Source of the DNA: an uncultured Verrucomicrobiae bacterium | Lineage (GTDB): Bacteria; Chlamydiota; Chlamydiia; Chlamydiales; Rhabdochlamydiaceae | Reading direction: 5' to 3' | NCBI GenBank assembly: GCA_963806855.1 | Contig: CAWDYW010000001.1 | Span: forward strand, 1,056,001 to 1,120,000 | DNA: 64,000 nucleotides | In this document: piece after piece, positions 39,851-54,038 of the stretch | Layout: each line of letters begins with the position of its first letter | Numbering within the stretch: position 1 is the stretch's first letter | Position numbers and translations under genes: made by a program | Notes under the pieces: generated by a model | The model's database searches: none | Told to the model about the DNA's origin: nothing | What the model saw: only the letters and a program-made list of their open reading frames with translations

Positions 39851-41281
39851 GTGCATATGGATTATTTTAATCATCAATCTAATCTTTTAACTGATGTCGA
39901 TGATATCCTCATTGAAAAGCTCGAAAAAGCGCTCCACAAGCCAACGCAGGCAGTCGTGGTCCATGATGTGGCCAAGATCGCTGCTGAACATTCTGGGGTC
40001 GACCTGGCGATCGCCGCATCCCGTTTGCCTCCCTACGCCCGTGCGGTTTTGTTTCAAAACTGCAGCGCGGTCGAAGAGCAAATCAAATTTTTAATTAACA
40101 CCGACAGCAGCACCCGGATCGCGGTCTTTAGGGAAATCACCGATGAAGAGATCATCAGTGTCATCGAGCTGATGCCGCCCGACGAGGCTGTCGAGGTTCT
40201 AGAAGATCTTTCGGAGAGGCGGTATCGAAAGGTCATCGAGAGTCTCGAACCGACCAAGGCGATGCGGATTAAAGAAATTCAGAAAAACGCCCGCAATACG
40301 GCCGGAAGGCTCATGACCAACGAATTCTTCGCTTTTTCGATGGAGGCGACGATCGGGCAGGTGGGGGTCACCATCCGCAACAATCCAGGGATCGATCTGA
40401 CCCGCCGCATTTTCGTCTTAAATCAAGAAGGGGAGTTGCAGGGGTATGTGCCTGCTAGAAATTTAATTATCAATCCTTCCGATCTGCCGCTCAAGCATGT
40501 GATGCGTCCCGTTTTGCACAAGGTGACAGTAGAAGTGCCTCGCGAAGAGGTGGTCGATATGGTTGAGAGGTATAAAATTAGCGCGCTGCCAGTGGTCGAT
40601 AAGCAAGATCGGCTTGTTGGAGTGATTACCTATGAGGATGTCCTCGATGCGATGGAAGACATTCTCGATGAGACGATCGGAAGCGTTGCCGGTACGAGCG
40701 AGAAGGTGTGGGAATATGAGTCGCTTTTTAAAAGGTTTTTATCCCGTAGCCCTTGGCTGATCGTGACGCTATGTGCCGGTTTGATCAATGTGGGGGTCAT
40801 GTCCTCATTTGAGAGATTTGAAAAGGGGATGCTGACATTTGCTATCTTTTTTGTTCCCCTCATCACAGGGATGTCGGGCAATATCGGCGTCCAATGTTCG
40901 ACCGTTTTGGTGCGCAGTATGGCTTTAGGTCAGATGACTCCGGGTAACCGCCGCCATGCGATTAAACGGGAGCTCTTGATGGGGTTGATGGGAGGCGCGG
41001 TCTTCGGAGCGTTGTGCGGGCTGATGATCTATTTCATGAACTTTACCGGTGTGACCGGTGTGGCCGCAAGTCCTATTGCAATTGGGGTGATTGTGAGCAT
41101 GGGGCTGGTGGGAGCTTGCTTAGCAGGAACCGTATTGGGAGTCTTTTCTCCCTTTTTCTTCATGAGGGTCGGAGTAGATCCGGCGGTGGCCTCGGGGCCG
41201 ATTATTACAGCTTTTAACGACTTTTTATCGATGTCTATTTATTTTTTAATTGCCATGGGGATGAGCACGTTAATCTTATGA
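39851..41281 (+). CDS. mgtE: Magnesium transporter MgtE
   Basis: TAGRLMT CBS pair, PLITGMSGN.G.Q, VDPAVASGP.IT..ND. Confidence 0.95.
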   Translation: MHMDYFNHQSNLLTDVDDILIEKLEKALHKPTQAVVVHDVAKIAAEHSGVDLAIAASRLPPYARAVLFQNCSAVEEQIKFLINTDSSTRIAVFREITDEEIISVIELMPPDEAVEVLEDLSERRYRKVIESLEPTKAMRIKEIQKNARNTAGRLMTNEFFAFSMEATIGQVGVTIRNNPGIDLTRRIFVLNQEGELQGYVPARNLIINPSDLPLKHVMRPVLHKVTVEVPREEVVDMVERYKISALPVVDKQDRLVGVITYEDVLDAMEDILDETIGSVAGTSEKVWEYESLFKRFLSRSPWLIVTLCAGLINVGVMSSFERFEKGMLTFAIFFVPLITGMSGNIGVQCSTVLVRSMALGQMTPGNRRHAIKRELLMGLMGGAVFGALCGLMIYFMNFTGVTGVAASPIAIGVIVSMGLVGACLAGTVLGVFSPFFFMRVGVDPAVASGPIITAFNDFLSMSIYFLIAMGMSTLIL

Positions 41282-41934
41282 ATATACAAATGATTCAGAC
41301 GCGAAGTTGGAATCCTTCCAAACTCCGGAAGCCTTTATTCAAGCCGATGATGAGGGCGCTCGACTGGGCTGAGCTGATCCAGGGAGCACTCCCACAGCTA
41401 GCAAAGGATTCGCGCAAGCTGCTCAGCCGGATTTCAGATGGCTTGTCGGTCTTTGACTTGCCGAGCAGAGGCAATAAGCTCCTGAGGTCTTTTACGTTGG
41501 CTTATGCAGGGGAGACGGTCGGAGAAAAGGCGGTCGGCTCGATTGGGGCATTGAAAAACTCGACGTCGATTGCCGGGGTGGGGGCTGTGGCTGTCGAGGT
41601 GATGCATGAGCATGGGCTCTTCACCCTTTCGCCACATCAACTTTTAATTTTAAATATCTTTGGGTTCATCTGCAGCTCGGTTCTTGTATTAAAGAGCCTT
41701 GCCGATCTCAATAAAACTTTTAATGTAATCACTCAGCAAGAGCTCTGGTGTACCGAATTCAATTCAAATCTTTTATATCTAGCAAATAAAATTTGCCGTT
41801 TGACCATTGGTCTCATTGGCATGGGCTTTTTTCTTTTTGGCGGGGAACTTGCTGCGCCTTATCTTTTATTAGGCCTTTCTAGTTTTAGTCTTGTTTTATC
41901 TTTGACTAGATATTATTATCGAATCTCAGTTTAA
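41278..41934 (+). CDS. Hypothetical membrane protein, Inc-like paralog 1
   Basis: C-terminal bilobed hydrophobic region; ELWCTEFN matches EPWTPPFN of the neighbours. Confidence 0.65.
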   Translation: MNIQMIQTRSWNPSKLRKPLFKPMMRALDWAELIQGALPQLAKDSRKLLSRISDGLSVFDLPSRGNKLLRSFTLAYAGETVGEKAVGSIGALKNSTSIAGVGAVAVEVMHEHGLFTLSPHQLLILNIFGFICSSVLVLKSLADLNKTFNVITQQELWCTEFNSNLLYLANKICRLTIGLIGMGFFLFGGELAAPYLLLGLSSFSLVLSLTRYYYRISV

Positions 41935-42002
41935 TTATATTCTATAATGTTATTTTATTTATAATTTGCTATAATTAACCTTATATTAAGAAAAGGTTAA
42001 TT

Positions 42003-42809
42003 ATGGTTACGGAAATTAAAGACGCTGTTTATTTTGCGCAGCCCCGGAGTCTCTCTGAGGATAATCCTGGGCTGGCTCAAACTGCAGATAAAGTGGCAAA
42101 CTTGCCCAATGCAGCTCATGTGGCAGTCGATTATATTCAGCAGCCTGAGGGGCTACGCGAGCTCGTAGTCGAGCCGATCGTCTATTCTTTGCGCTGGGCG
42201 GAAATTGCAGTCACCGAACTTGGTGAGCTTGTCAAAGGGCCCCAAAAGTTATTTGAAAGCGCCGGCCACTTCCTCCTGTGGGCGGAACTTCCTACCCAGC
42301 TTCTGAAATTGGGGCGAACAGTCGTCAAGTTCGGCGAGAGCCTTGCGAATAAAGCCTTTGTGCAAGCTGCCGATAAGGCTGCAAAAATCTATGTCAATAC
42401 GACTTTCTTGACTGGGCTTGTCGCCGATGCTGTTGAGGTTCTCTATCATGAACATCTCATCACCCTTTCTACGGCAGCTTTGACAGCGGTGCAAACTTTG
42501 GGATTTCTGGGAAATATCGCGCTTCTCATCAATGCGATACGGGGAATTAAAAAACAAACCATTAAACTCATGGAGAGTGAGCCTTGGACACCCCCATTTA
42601 ACCTGGCATTGATCCGATTGAGCGCAAAGGTCTGTCTCGCAGTTGTCGCCATTTTCTCTATGGCGGCCTTCTTCGTTACGATCGTCTACTTCACCTATAT
42701 CATCTTGATCTTTTCAAGTATTTTATTGATTTTGACCCTGGTCGCCCACTTTTATGAGAAGACCCGCGTCCCCGATAAAGTGAAGGATCAGGCTCAGACT
42801 ATAACATAG
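42003..42809 (+). CDS. Hypothetical membrane protein, Inc-like paralog 2
   Basis: Long bilobed hydrophobic C-terminus; EPWTPPFNLALI, AHFYEK. Confidence 0.7.
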   Translation: MVTEIKDAVYFAQPRSLSEDNPGLAQTADKVANLPNAAHVAVDYIQQPEGLRELVVEPIVYSLRWAEIAVTELGELVKGPQKLFESAGHFLLWAELPTQLLKLGRTVVKFGESLANKAFVQAADKAAKIYVNTTFLTGLVADAVEVLYHEHLITLSTAALTAVQTLGFLGNIALLINAIRGIKKQTIKLMESEPWTPPFNLALIRLSAKVCLAVVAIFSMAAFFVTIVYFTYIILIFSSILLILTLVAHFYEKTRVPDKVKDQAQTIT

Positions 42810-42894
42810 TTTTTCAACGCAAAGACGCGAAGGCGCAAAGACGCAAAAAATTATCTTTTATTGCGTCTTTGCGCCTTCGCGTCTTTGCGTTTAA
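42810..42894. repeat. REP-like palindromic element, family 1
   Basis: aacgcaaagacgcgaaggcgcaaagacgcaa ... ttgcgtctttgcgccttcgcgtctttgcgtt directly after a stop codon. Confidence 0.88.
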
Positions 42895-42918
42895 ATTATT
42901 TTAATTATTCTAAGTTAA

Positions 42919-43677
42919 TTGCTAATAAACTATAATAATAGTGGTGTTATTATGGTTGATAGAATTAACTCAGAACAAAGTCCATCCGCTTTTGCGGTTG
43001 CCAAAGACTATATCCAGACTCCGACCGGTATCCAAAATATGGTTATCCGACCGGCTGTTCATGGGTTGAAGCTAACGCAATTGGCAGTGAGTGCTCTGGC
43101 CTCAACTGTCAACGGTCCTAGGGAACTCCTTAGACTGGGGGATCACCTTTTGTATTGGGTGGCTTATCCAGACCGTCTAAGAAGTTTTGATCGATCTGTA
43201 AAGAAACTAGTTAATTCGTTCCAAAATGGCTCGGTTGTCAAAGTCGCCAGTAAAATCAGCAAGTTCTATATTCAAACTTTACTGGTCATTGGCCTCATCG
43301 CCGATGCGGTCAAAAATTTGTGCGTGAGGGAGATCATTTCACTGTCAGCTTCTGCTTCCTTGGTGATTGCTCAAATCAGTTTTCTTGGGAACATCGCCTT
43401 AGCTTTGCTTTCCATGCACCAAATAAAAAAACAAGTAAAAAAATTGATCAAACATGAGCCCTGGACACCCCCATTCAACTTGGCACTGATCAATTTGGCT
43501 GGAAGGGTTTTATTGGCAGCAATCGCAGTGTTTGCAATCTTGGCAGTTTTCAATGCTACGCTCATTTCGCCATGGCTTATTTTAGGTGCCGGAGTGGGGC
43601 TGATGATCTGCTCTATCACTGCCCATTTTTACGAAAAAATTCACATTCCGCCTCCGCCGAAAACTGTTGCTCTTTAG
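42919..43677 (+). CDS. Hypothetical membrane protein, Inc-like paralog 3 (likely start MVDRIN)
   Basis: DYIQ.P.G, ADAV, FLGNIAL, EPWTPPFNLALI and AHFYEK shared with paralog 2. Confidence 0.7.
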   Translation: MLINYNNSGVIMVDRINSEQSPSAFAVAKDYIQTPTGIQNMVIRPAVHGLKLTQLAVSALASTVNGPRELLRLGDHLLYWVAYPDRLRSFDRSVKKLVNSFQNGSVVKVASKISKFYIQTLLVIGLIADAVKNLCVREIISLSASASLVIAQISFLGNIALALLSMHQIKKQVKKLIKHEPWTPPFNLALINLAGRVLLAAIAVFAILAVFNATLISPWLILGAGVGLMICSITAHFYEKIHIPPPPKTVAL

Positions 43678-43704
43678 CCCTCCAAAAGTGTATAATTTGA
43701 TGCT

Positions 43705-44019
43705 ATGGCGGCTAAAAATCCAACAGCGATAACGAGCAAAAATCTAAAGCAGCTTTTACCCTCGATTTTGCGTGATATTGGACGCTCTCATCAGCTGCGT
43801 CCAGACCTCATTTTAGCTGCTTGGCCGGCGCTGATTGGCGAGCGGCTAGCCCCAATGACACAAGCGGTATCACTTGAAGAGGGGGTCTTGACTGTGAAAG
43901 TGAAAAACTCTTCTCTTTTGAGTTTATTGGCGCAGCACGAAAGTTCCCGATTAATAAAAGAATTGCGAAAAAAATTTCCAAATGCAAACATTCGGAATAT
44001 CCGATTTTGTATCGGGTAG
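43705..44019 (+). CDS. DUF721/DciA-family protein
   Basis: W..LIGE.LA..TQAVSL.EGVLTVKVKNS; upstream of gyrB. Confidence 0.85.
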   Translation: MAAKNPTAITSKNLKQLLPSILRDIGRSHQLRPDLILAAWPALIGERLAPMTQAVSLEEGVLTVKVKNSSLLSLLAQHESSRLIKELRKKFPNANIRNIRFCIG

Positions 44020-44035
44020 AATCAAAGGTTTTTAA

Positions 44036-46525
<2,490 letters not shown>

Positions 46526-46540
46526 AGAGAAAATAAACCT

Positions 46541-48993
<2,453 letters not shown>

Positions 48994-48994
48994 A

Positions 48995-49161
48995 ACTCGA
49001 CTTTGTACAATTTTCGGTGCACAGATCTAGAGGAAGCGCTCTGCAAATTTTAATTTTCTTCGCGAAATTCATAGCCGGAGGTCTCTATTAATGAGCGAAG
49101 AAAGTAAAAATTTGCCAGCGAGTTCCTCGGAGATGTCACCAAAAATTGTACAAAGTCGAGT
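48995..49161. mobile_element. About 167-bp palindromic (RPE/MITE-like) element inserted in the 5' end of tmk
   Basis: About 65-bp imperfect inverted arms actcgactttgtacaatttt... / ...aaaattgtacaaagtcgagt. Confidence 0.8.
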
Positions 49162-49792
49162 AAAAGGATATTTCATCACGTTTGAAGGGGGAGATGGCGC
49201 TGGAAAGTCCTCCCTCATCATCAGCCTCCATGCCGCCCTAATCGATCGGGGTTATGACGTCATGCAGACCCGCGCTCCCGGCGGCACCGAGCCTGGCAAA
49301 GTGATCCGCAATCTCCTCCTCCATCCGCATGAGCCCGTTGTCCCTGAGGCCGAGCTCTTCCTCTATCTAGCCGACCGGGCCCAACATGTCGCTAAAGTGA
49401 TCCGCCCTGCGCTGGCCCAAGGAAAAGTAGTCCTCTGCGATCGCTACAACGACTCGACCGTCGCCTACCAAGGGGGAGCCCGCGGTTTTGGCCTAGACAA
49501 AGTCGAAGCCCTCTGTGATTTTGCAACAGGTCATTTAGTCCCCAATTTGACCATCTATCTAGATCTCGATCCAGCAATCGGCATGGAGCGGATAAAAAAA
49601 GCGCAGGAGTCCAAAGACCAAATCGAAGCTGAAGATCTCTCATTCCACCGCAAAATCCGTGAGACCTTCCGTCAGATCGGCAAAAAACATCCCGAGCGCT
49701 TTAAGGTTATCGATGCAACAGCACCGAAAGAAGCGGTCTTTGAACAGGCCCTAAGGTTAATCGATGCCCACTGCTTCGCTTCCCACACTTAA
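49091..49792 (+). CDS. tmk: Thymidylate kinase (N-terminal 24 aa derived from the palindromic element)
   Basis: FITFEGGDGAGKS, LADRAQH, CDRY.DST.AYQG. Confidence 0.95.
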   Translation: MSEESKNLPASSSEMSPKIVQSRVKGYFITFEGGDGAGKSSLIISLHAALIDRGYDVMQTRAPGGTEPGKVIRNLLLHPHEPVVPEAELFLYLADRAQHVAKVIRPALAQGKVVLCDRYNDSTVAYQGGARGFGLDKVEALCDFATGHLVPNLTIYLDLDPAIGMERIKKAQESKDQIEAEDLSFHRKIRETFRQIGKKHPERFKVIDATAPKEAVFEQALRLIDAHCFASHT

Positions 49793-50453
49793 ACAAATTC
49801 CCAATTCCATCCTCTTGAGTGGAGCCTCGACGGAAAATGCCCTCGACCTTGCCCGGCAGATCCTCGGCCCTTCTCCCAAAATCGCCACTGGCAACCACCC
49901 CGACCTCCACGTTTATGCTCCCGAAGGCAAAAGCGACCTCCATCCTATTGCGAGCATCCACCAAATAATCAGCGAAATGGCCCTGCCCCCCTTCGAGGCC
50001 AAAAACAAAGTCTTTGTGATCGAGGATGCTGAAAAAATGCTCCCGTCTGGAAGCAACGCCCTCCTTAAAACCCTGGAAGAGCCCAATGAGGACACCTATT
50101 TCCTCTTGATGACCCACCATCCTGACCGACTCCTCCCCACCATCCTCTCGAGACTTTTCCCGCTCCAATTCAATTCCACCGCATTGCCATCGACAGATTT
50201 CAGCCCCTATATTGCACTCGCAAGCCAAGGAGAGTGGGATAAATTGTTAGATGAGGTGCCCGAAGAGTGCCCCGAAGACTTCATGAAGTCGTGTTTGCAG
50301 TGGGCCGCGCAGCAGAAGAACCCTGCCTATTTCCTCAAAGTGTCAGGCTATGTTGAAGAAGCCGAGAAAGCGCTCCAGCACAACCTCAAGCCTCGAACAG
50401 TCTTTTTGAATTTACTTTTACAAATGGAAAGTTTTCATGGCAAATGGGATTAA
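49764..50453 (+). CDS. holB: DNA polymerase III delta-prime subunit
   Basis: HPDLH, KVFVIEDAEKM, NALLKTLEEP, LPTILSR. Confidence 0.9.
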   Translation: MPTASLPTLKQIPNSILLSGASTENALDLARQILGPSPKIATGNHPDLHVYAPEGKSDLHPIASIHQIISEMALPPFEAKNKVFVIEDAEKMLPSGSNALLKTLEEPNEDTYFLLMTHHPDRLLPTILSRLFPLQFNSTALPSTDFSPYIALASQGEWDKLLDEVPEECPEDFMKSCLQWAAQQKNPAYFLKVSGYVEEAEKALQHNLKPRTVFLNLLLQMESFHGKWD

Positions 50454-50700
50454 ATTCTCAGAAATTTCAGATGAGTGGAGGGATAGGCTCGGCACATGTG
50501 ATAGGTGCAAAGTGAAATTTGTCAACACCGATATTATCAAACTTCTCAGCTGTCAGCATATTTTCCATACTTATTGTTCATCTTGGAAGTGCAGCCTTTG
50601 CAATTCCTTGTCAGAAAAAAAAGTCATAACAACTCCTTCTGAAAGCTCATCAGTGATAGAGGATCTCTACAAAATGCACTTTCAGGGATTCTATTTTTGA
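50437..50700 (+). CDS. Small RING-H2 zinc-finger protein
   Basis: CDRC-x14-CQHIFHTYC-x4-CSLC matches the C3H2C3 pattern. Confidence 0.75.
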   Translation: MANGIKFSEISDEWRDRLGTCDRCKVKFVNTDIIKLLSCQHIFHTYCSSWKCSLCNSLSEKKVITTPSESSSVIEDLYKMHFQGFYF

Positions 50701-50795
50701 TGGAGCAATAATTATGTGCAATTTATTTGACATACCATAATTTGCAATTAACAATTGGTTTATGATAAAATATAAAGACCAGATTAAGAGGCTAT

Positions 50796-51695
50796 GTGAA
50801 AGTTCAAGGAGTTAATTTAGAAATTTCAAGAAATTGGGTTCAGGATTTTATTGAGCCTGACTCCATCCTGGTCAAAATTGCCCGAGTGGTGACATGGCCC
50901 TTGAGGCTCATCGCAACAATCTTTACCGAAATTGGCAGGCTTCTCCATCGACTTGTAATTTGGATTAGCGAGGGAGATTCTCCAGACATTCAATATGCAA
51001 AATTGATCCGAATGCATCAAAATTTGGATCCAAATCTCTTTTGCGAAGGCCAAAAGCAAAGGGGGAGAAATCGGTATTCGGATATCCTTCCCAATGAGCC
51101 GACCCGTGTTAAAATGGAGAATGACCCATCCTTTTATTTTAATGCTAATTGGGTGCTAGATAGACGAGCTATTGCTTGTCAGGGGCCTCTAAAGAGCGAA
51201 ATTGAAGAGTTTTGGAAAATGGTCTCCGATTCAGGTGTAGAGACTATTGTGATGCTCACCAACCCTATCGAAGGTCACCATGACAAATGCAGTGAATATT
51301 GGAAATCTAGGCCGTTTACCGAAAGAAAAATCTTTGAGAATGGCAATGAAGTGATTGTCGAAAGAAACATCAAGGTAAATGGTAAGACCATTGTCCAATA
51401 TCATTTGCAAAATTGGCCAGATCATCACACCGTCAGCCCAGAAACTTTAGCAGAGCTCGTGAAGTTAGCTTCAAATCGAAAGGAGAAACTTCTCGCCCAT
51501 TGTAGCGCGGGGATAGGACGTACGGGAACCTTTTTGGCAGTCTTAGAAGCCCATCTACAAAAAACAGGTGAAATCTTTTCCATCGCTGCCGATCTTCGAA
51601 ATCCTTACAAAGGTCGAGTGGGGATGATCCAAACGCTTCCGCAATATCATCTCGCCTTAAAAACAGCACAACGTCTTCGATCTTTAAATGAGTAA
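50796..51695 (+). CDS. Classical protein tyrosine phosphatase
   Basis: RNRY, NAN, CQGP, FWKMV, WPD loop, HCSAGIGRTG, IQT..QY. Confidence 0.93.
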   Translation: MKVQGVNLEISRNWVQDFIEPDSILVKIARVVTWPLRLIATIFTEIGRLLHRLVIWISEGDSPDIQYAKLIRMHQNLDPNLFCEGQKQRGRNRYSDILPNEPTRVKMENDPSFYFNANWVLDRRAIACQGPLKSEIEEFWKMVSDSGVETIVMLTNPIEGHHDKCSEYWKSRPFTERKIFENGNEVIVERNIKVNGKTIVQYHLQNWPDHHTVSPETLAELVKLASNRKEKLLAHCSAGIGRTGTFLAVLEAHLQKTGEIFSIAADLRNPYKGRVGMIQTLPQYHLALKTAQRLRSLNE

Positions 51696-51833
51696 TGTTT
51701 GCAGTGGGCCGCGCAGCAGAAGAACGCGACCTACTTTCTGAAAGTTTCAGGCTATGTTGAAGAGGCTGAGAAAGCGCTCCAGCACAATCTAAAGGCCCGA
51801 ACAGTCTTTTTGAATTTACTTCTGCGAATGGAA
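51696..51833 (+). repeat. Second copy of the holB 3' end (direct repeat of 50292..50429)
   Basis: 138-bp match with mostly synonymous differences. Confidence 0.9.
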
Positions 51834-51947
51834 GCTATTTCTTCTTGTAGTTTTGCAACTGCCTCTCTTTAAAAAAATTGAAGAAATTCCTTCATTCTGT
51901 TAGTTTTGCAATGTCATCAATTATTTAACTAAAATAGGTAGTAATAA

Positions 51948-52847
51948 ATGTTCACTACAGCATTCAGCTGGGAAGTTTCCAGGCTGTTGCCGGCGCTCAA
52001 TAATGGCTTTAAGTATGAAAAGCCTAAGGCTAAATTGCCCTTAGCCAAAACCATGCCGGAAATGCCACTTGTGCAGACTGGAAACTATTGGGTGCCGAAG
52101 CAGATCATCACAATGATTTTTAGGCGATCACCTCCCGATGCGCTATTAAACATCGGATTGGTTTGCAAATTATGGTATCAGCTCTCCTCCTGCGATTCCC
52201 TATGGATGTCATACACTTTGAGAGAAGCATTCCCTCAGGCCACATTTATCGATAGAAATATCTGGGAAACCTATGTCGATGTAAAAAAGTATGGGTGGGA
52301 AATGGAAGAGAAAGGGCGCCCCTGTGTCACTAAATGGGACTATATTGAGCTAAAGGGGATGGAATCTCAGGTAGAAGGGGACTTAGGGTTGACTATTGTG
52401 ACCCTCTATAAAAAGCACAAATTAAAAGACCCCATCGACTTCGCTGAATCTGGCAAAGCGGGTAATTCAACTGCGGTTTCTTTTATCCAGCAGTCCATTA
52501 TTAAGAGGTTCGGGAACATGGAGGTGAAAGAGACGATTGTAGTGGCCGTGACGAACAATGTATTTAAAAACAGCAAAAAAAGAGGGAAGCTAAAATGTGA
52601 TAAGCCATCGCTATTGGCGACAATAGCAGTTGCACTCATGAGATTCAGAACATCTGATCCGGCAAACCCCACCCGATTATTTAGTGGTGGTCCACCGACT
52701 TATACGTGCCTTGAGGAAGAGATCGATGGGGCCAAACTGGTTTTTAGGGGCTTCGCCCATGGGGGCCCCGGCGTCTTCATTGACCGCGGCGACAAGGACT
52801 ACGGCCTGGCGGGTCAGTGGCAGTTCAAGGTCTGCCCAATAGTGTGA
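51948..52847 (+). CDS. F-box protein with variable C-terminus, paralog D
   Basis: LPLAKTM, VPKQII.MIF...PDALL..GLVCKLW, VTNNVF, SDP..P.RLF shared with paralogs A-C. Confidence 0.82.
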   Translation: MFTTAFSWEVSRLLPALNNGFKYEKPKAKLPLAKTMPEMPLVQTGNYWVPKQIITMIFRRSPPDALLNIGLVCKLWYQLSSCDSLWMSYTLREAFPQATFIDRNIWETYVDVKKYGWEMEEKGRPCVTKWDYIELKGMESQVEGDLGLTIVTLYKKHKLKDPIDFAESGKAGNSTAVSFIQQSIIKRFGNMEVKETIVVAVTNNVFKNSKKRGKLKCDKPSLLATIAVALMRFRTSDPANPTRLFSGGPPTYTCLEEEIDGAKLVFRGFAHGGPGVFIDRGDKDYGLAGQWQFKVCPIV

Positions 52848-52909
52848 ATTTGGATCCCCGCGAAAGCTCTCGCGGTTCAAATTCACACTTTTGGGCGGGG
52901 CGGGGTATA
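52834..52909. repeat. Palindromic element, family 2
   Basis: gcccaatagtgtgaatttgga...caaattcacacttttgggc...ggggtata; contains the stop codons of both convergent genes. Confidence 0.85.
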
Positions 52910-53170
52910 TTTCTTGCTTGCGATTCCGAAGATCCTTTTCCCAATTGTGCCACCTAGGAACCTATTGAAGACGACGAAATAGGCGATCACAAGGGCGAAT
53001 AAGAGGAATGCTGATCCGCCAGTCAGATTAAAACCCTCTTTGGTTGTCTCGCCAGTAAATTTGGCGATGATCCATCCAAAAAGAATAAAACTTCCAAAGA
53101 GGTCCAGAAGAAAAGCCAGAACTCTTTTCCACATTGGTCCTTTATCATCGGTGGGTGTTGCTTCTGCCAT
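52883..53170 (-). CDS. Small RDD-family membrane protein
   Basis: WKRVLAFLLD, GGTIGKRIFGI. Confidence 0.75.
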   Translation of the reverse strand: MAEATPTDDKGPMWKRVLAFLLDLFGSFILFGWIIAKFTGETTKEGFNLTGGSAFLLFALVIAYFVVFNRFLGGTIGKRIFGIASKKYTPPRPKV

Positions 53171-53270
53171 ACAGGTAACTCCTTTGTGATTTATTCAAAT
53201 AACTAATTTCGAATTAGGATGCCATGGAAAAATCGCTCCCTATTGCCGATTTTGGCATAATTGATGTATA

Positions 53271-54038
53271 ATGCTTGGCATGGAAATAAGAAAGTCTCCA
53301 TTAACTGAGTTATCAGAGGATCAATACCCAAAGATTCTGAAACAGAGTGAGAACCTCGATCCCCAACTATTTCTCAAAGCTCGAGAATGTATGGCTCGCA
53401 ATCGGTATCCTAATGTATTGCCTAATGAGCCGACCCGTTTTACGATTGAGAATGAGGAAAATTTTTATTTCAATGCCAATTGGGTATTAGGTGGCCGGGC
53501 GATCGCCTGTCAGGGGCCCAAGTCAGATGAAATCGATCATTTTTGGAAGATGGTTTGGCATGCCGATGTCCGGACGGTTGTGATGCTGACGAACCGGGTT
53601 GAGAACCGGAAAGATAAATGCAGCCATTACTGGAAACTTCTCCCATGTAAAGAAGAAAAAGTCTTTGAAAAAGGGACTGAGATCATCGTTAAACGGGAAA
53701 TCGAATTGACGCAAGGGCTTGAGACAAGAACGATCGTCCAATATCACCTGCAAAATTGGCCCGATTTCGGCGTGGTTGCTCCAGAGACCTTAGCAAAATT
53801 GGTGGAGCTAGTTACCCAACATGATGGCAAATTCCTCGCCCACTGCAGCGCAGGACTTGGCCGAAGCGGTGCATTCCTCGCCGCCTATGAAGCTTTTCGG
53901 CAAGAGACATCAGATATTGTTGAAATCGTCTCCGATCTTCGCAATCCTCACACCGGTCGAGTTGGGATGATCCAAACGGTTGCGCAATATCATCTCGCCT
54001 TAAAAACAGCGAAATTGCTGGTTCCAGATTTACAGTGA
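53271..54038 (+). CDS. Classical protein tyrosine phosphatase, paralog 2
   Basis: RNRYPNVLP, WPDFGV, HCSAGLGRSG, IQTVAQY. Confidence 0.93.
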   Translation: MLGMEIRKSPLTELSEDQYPKILKQSENLDPQLFLKARECMARNRYPNVLPNEPTRFTIENEENFYFNANWVLGGRAIACQGPKSDEIDHFWKMVWHADVRTVVMLTNRVENRKDKCSHYWKLLPCKEEKVFEKGTEIIVKREIELTQGLETRTIVQYHLQNWPDFGVVAPETLAKLVELVTQHDGKFLAHCSAGLGRSGAFLAAYEAFRQETSDIVEIVSDLRNPHTGRVGMIQTVAQYHLALKTAKLLVPDLQ

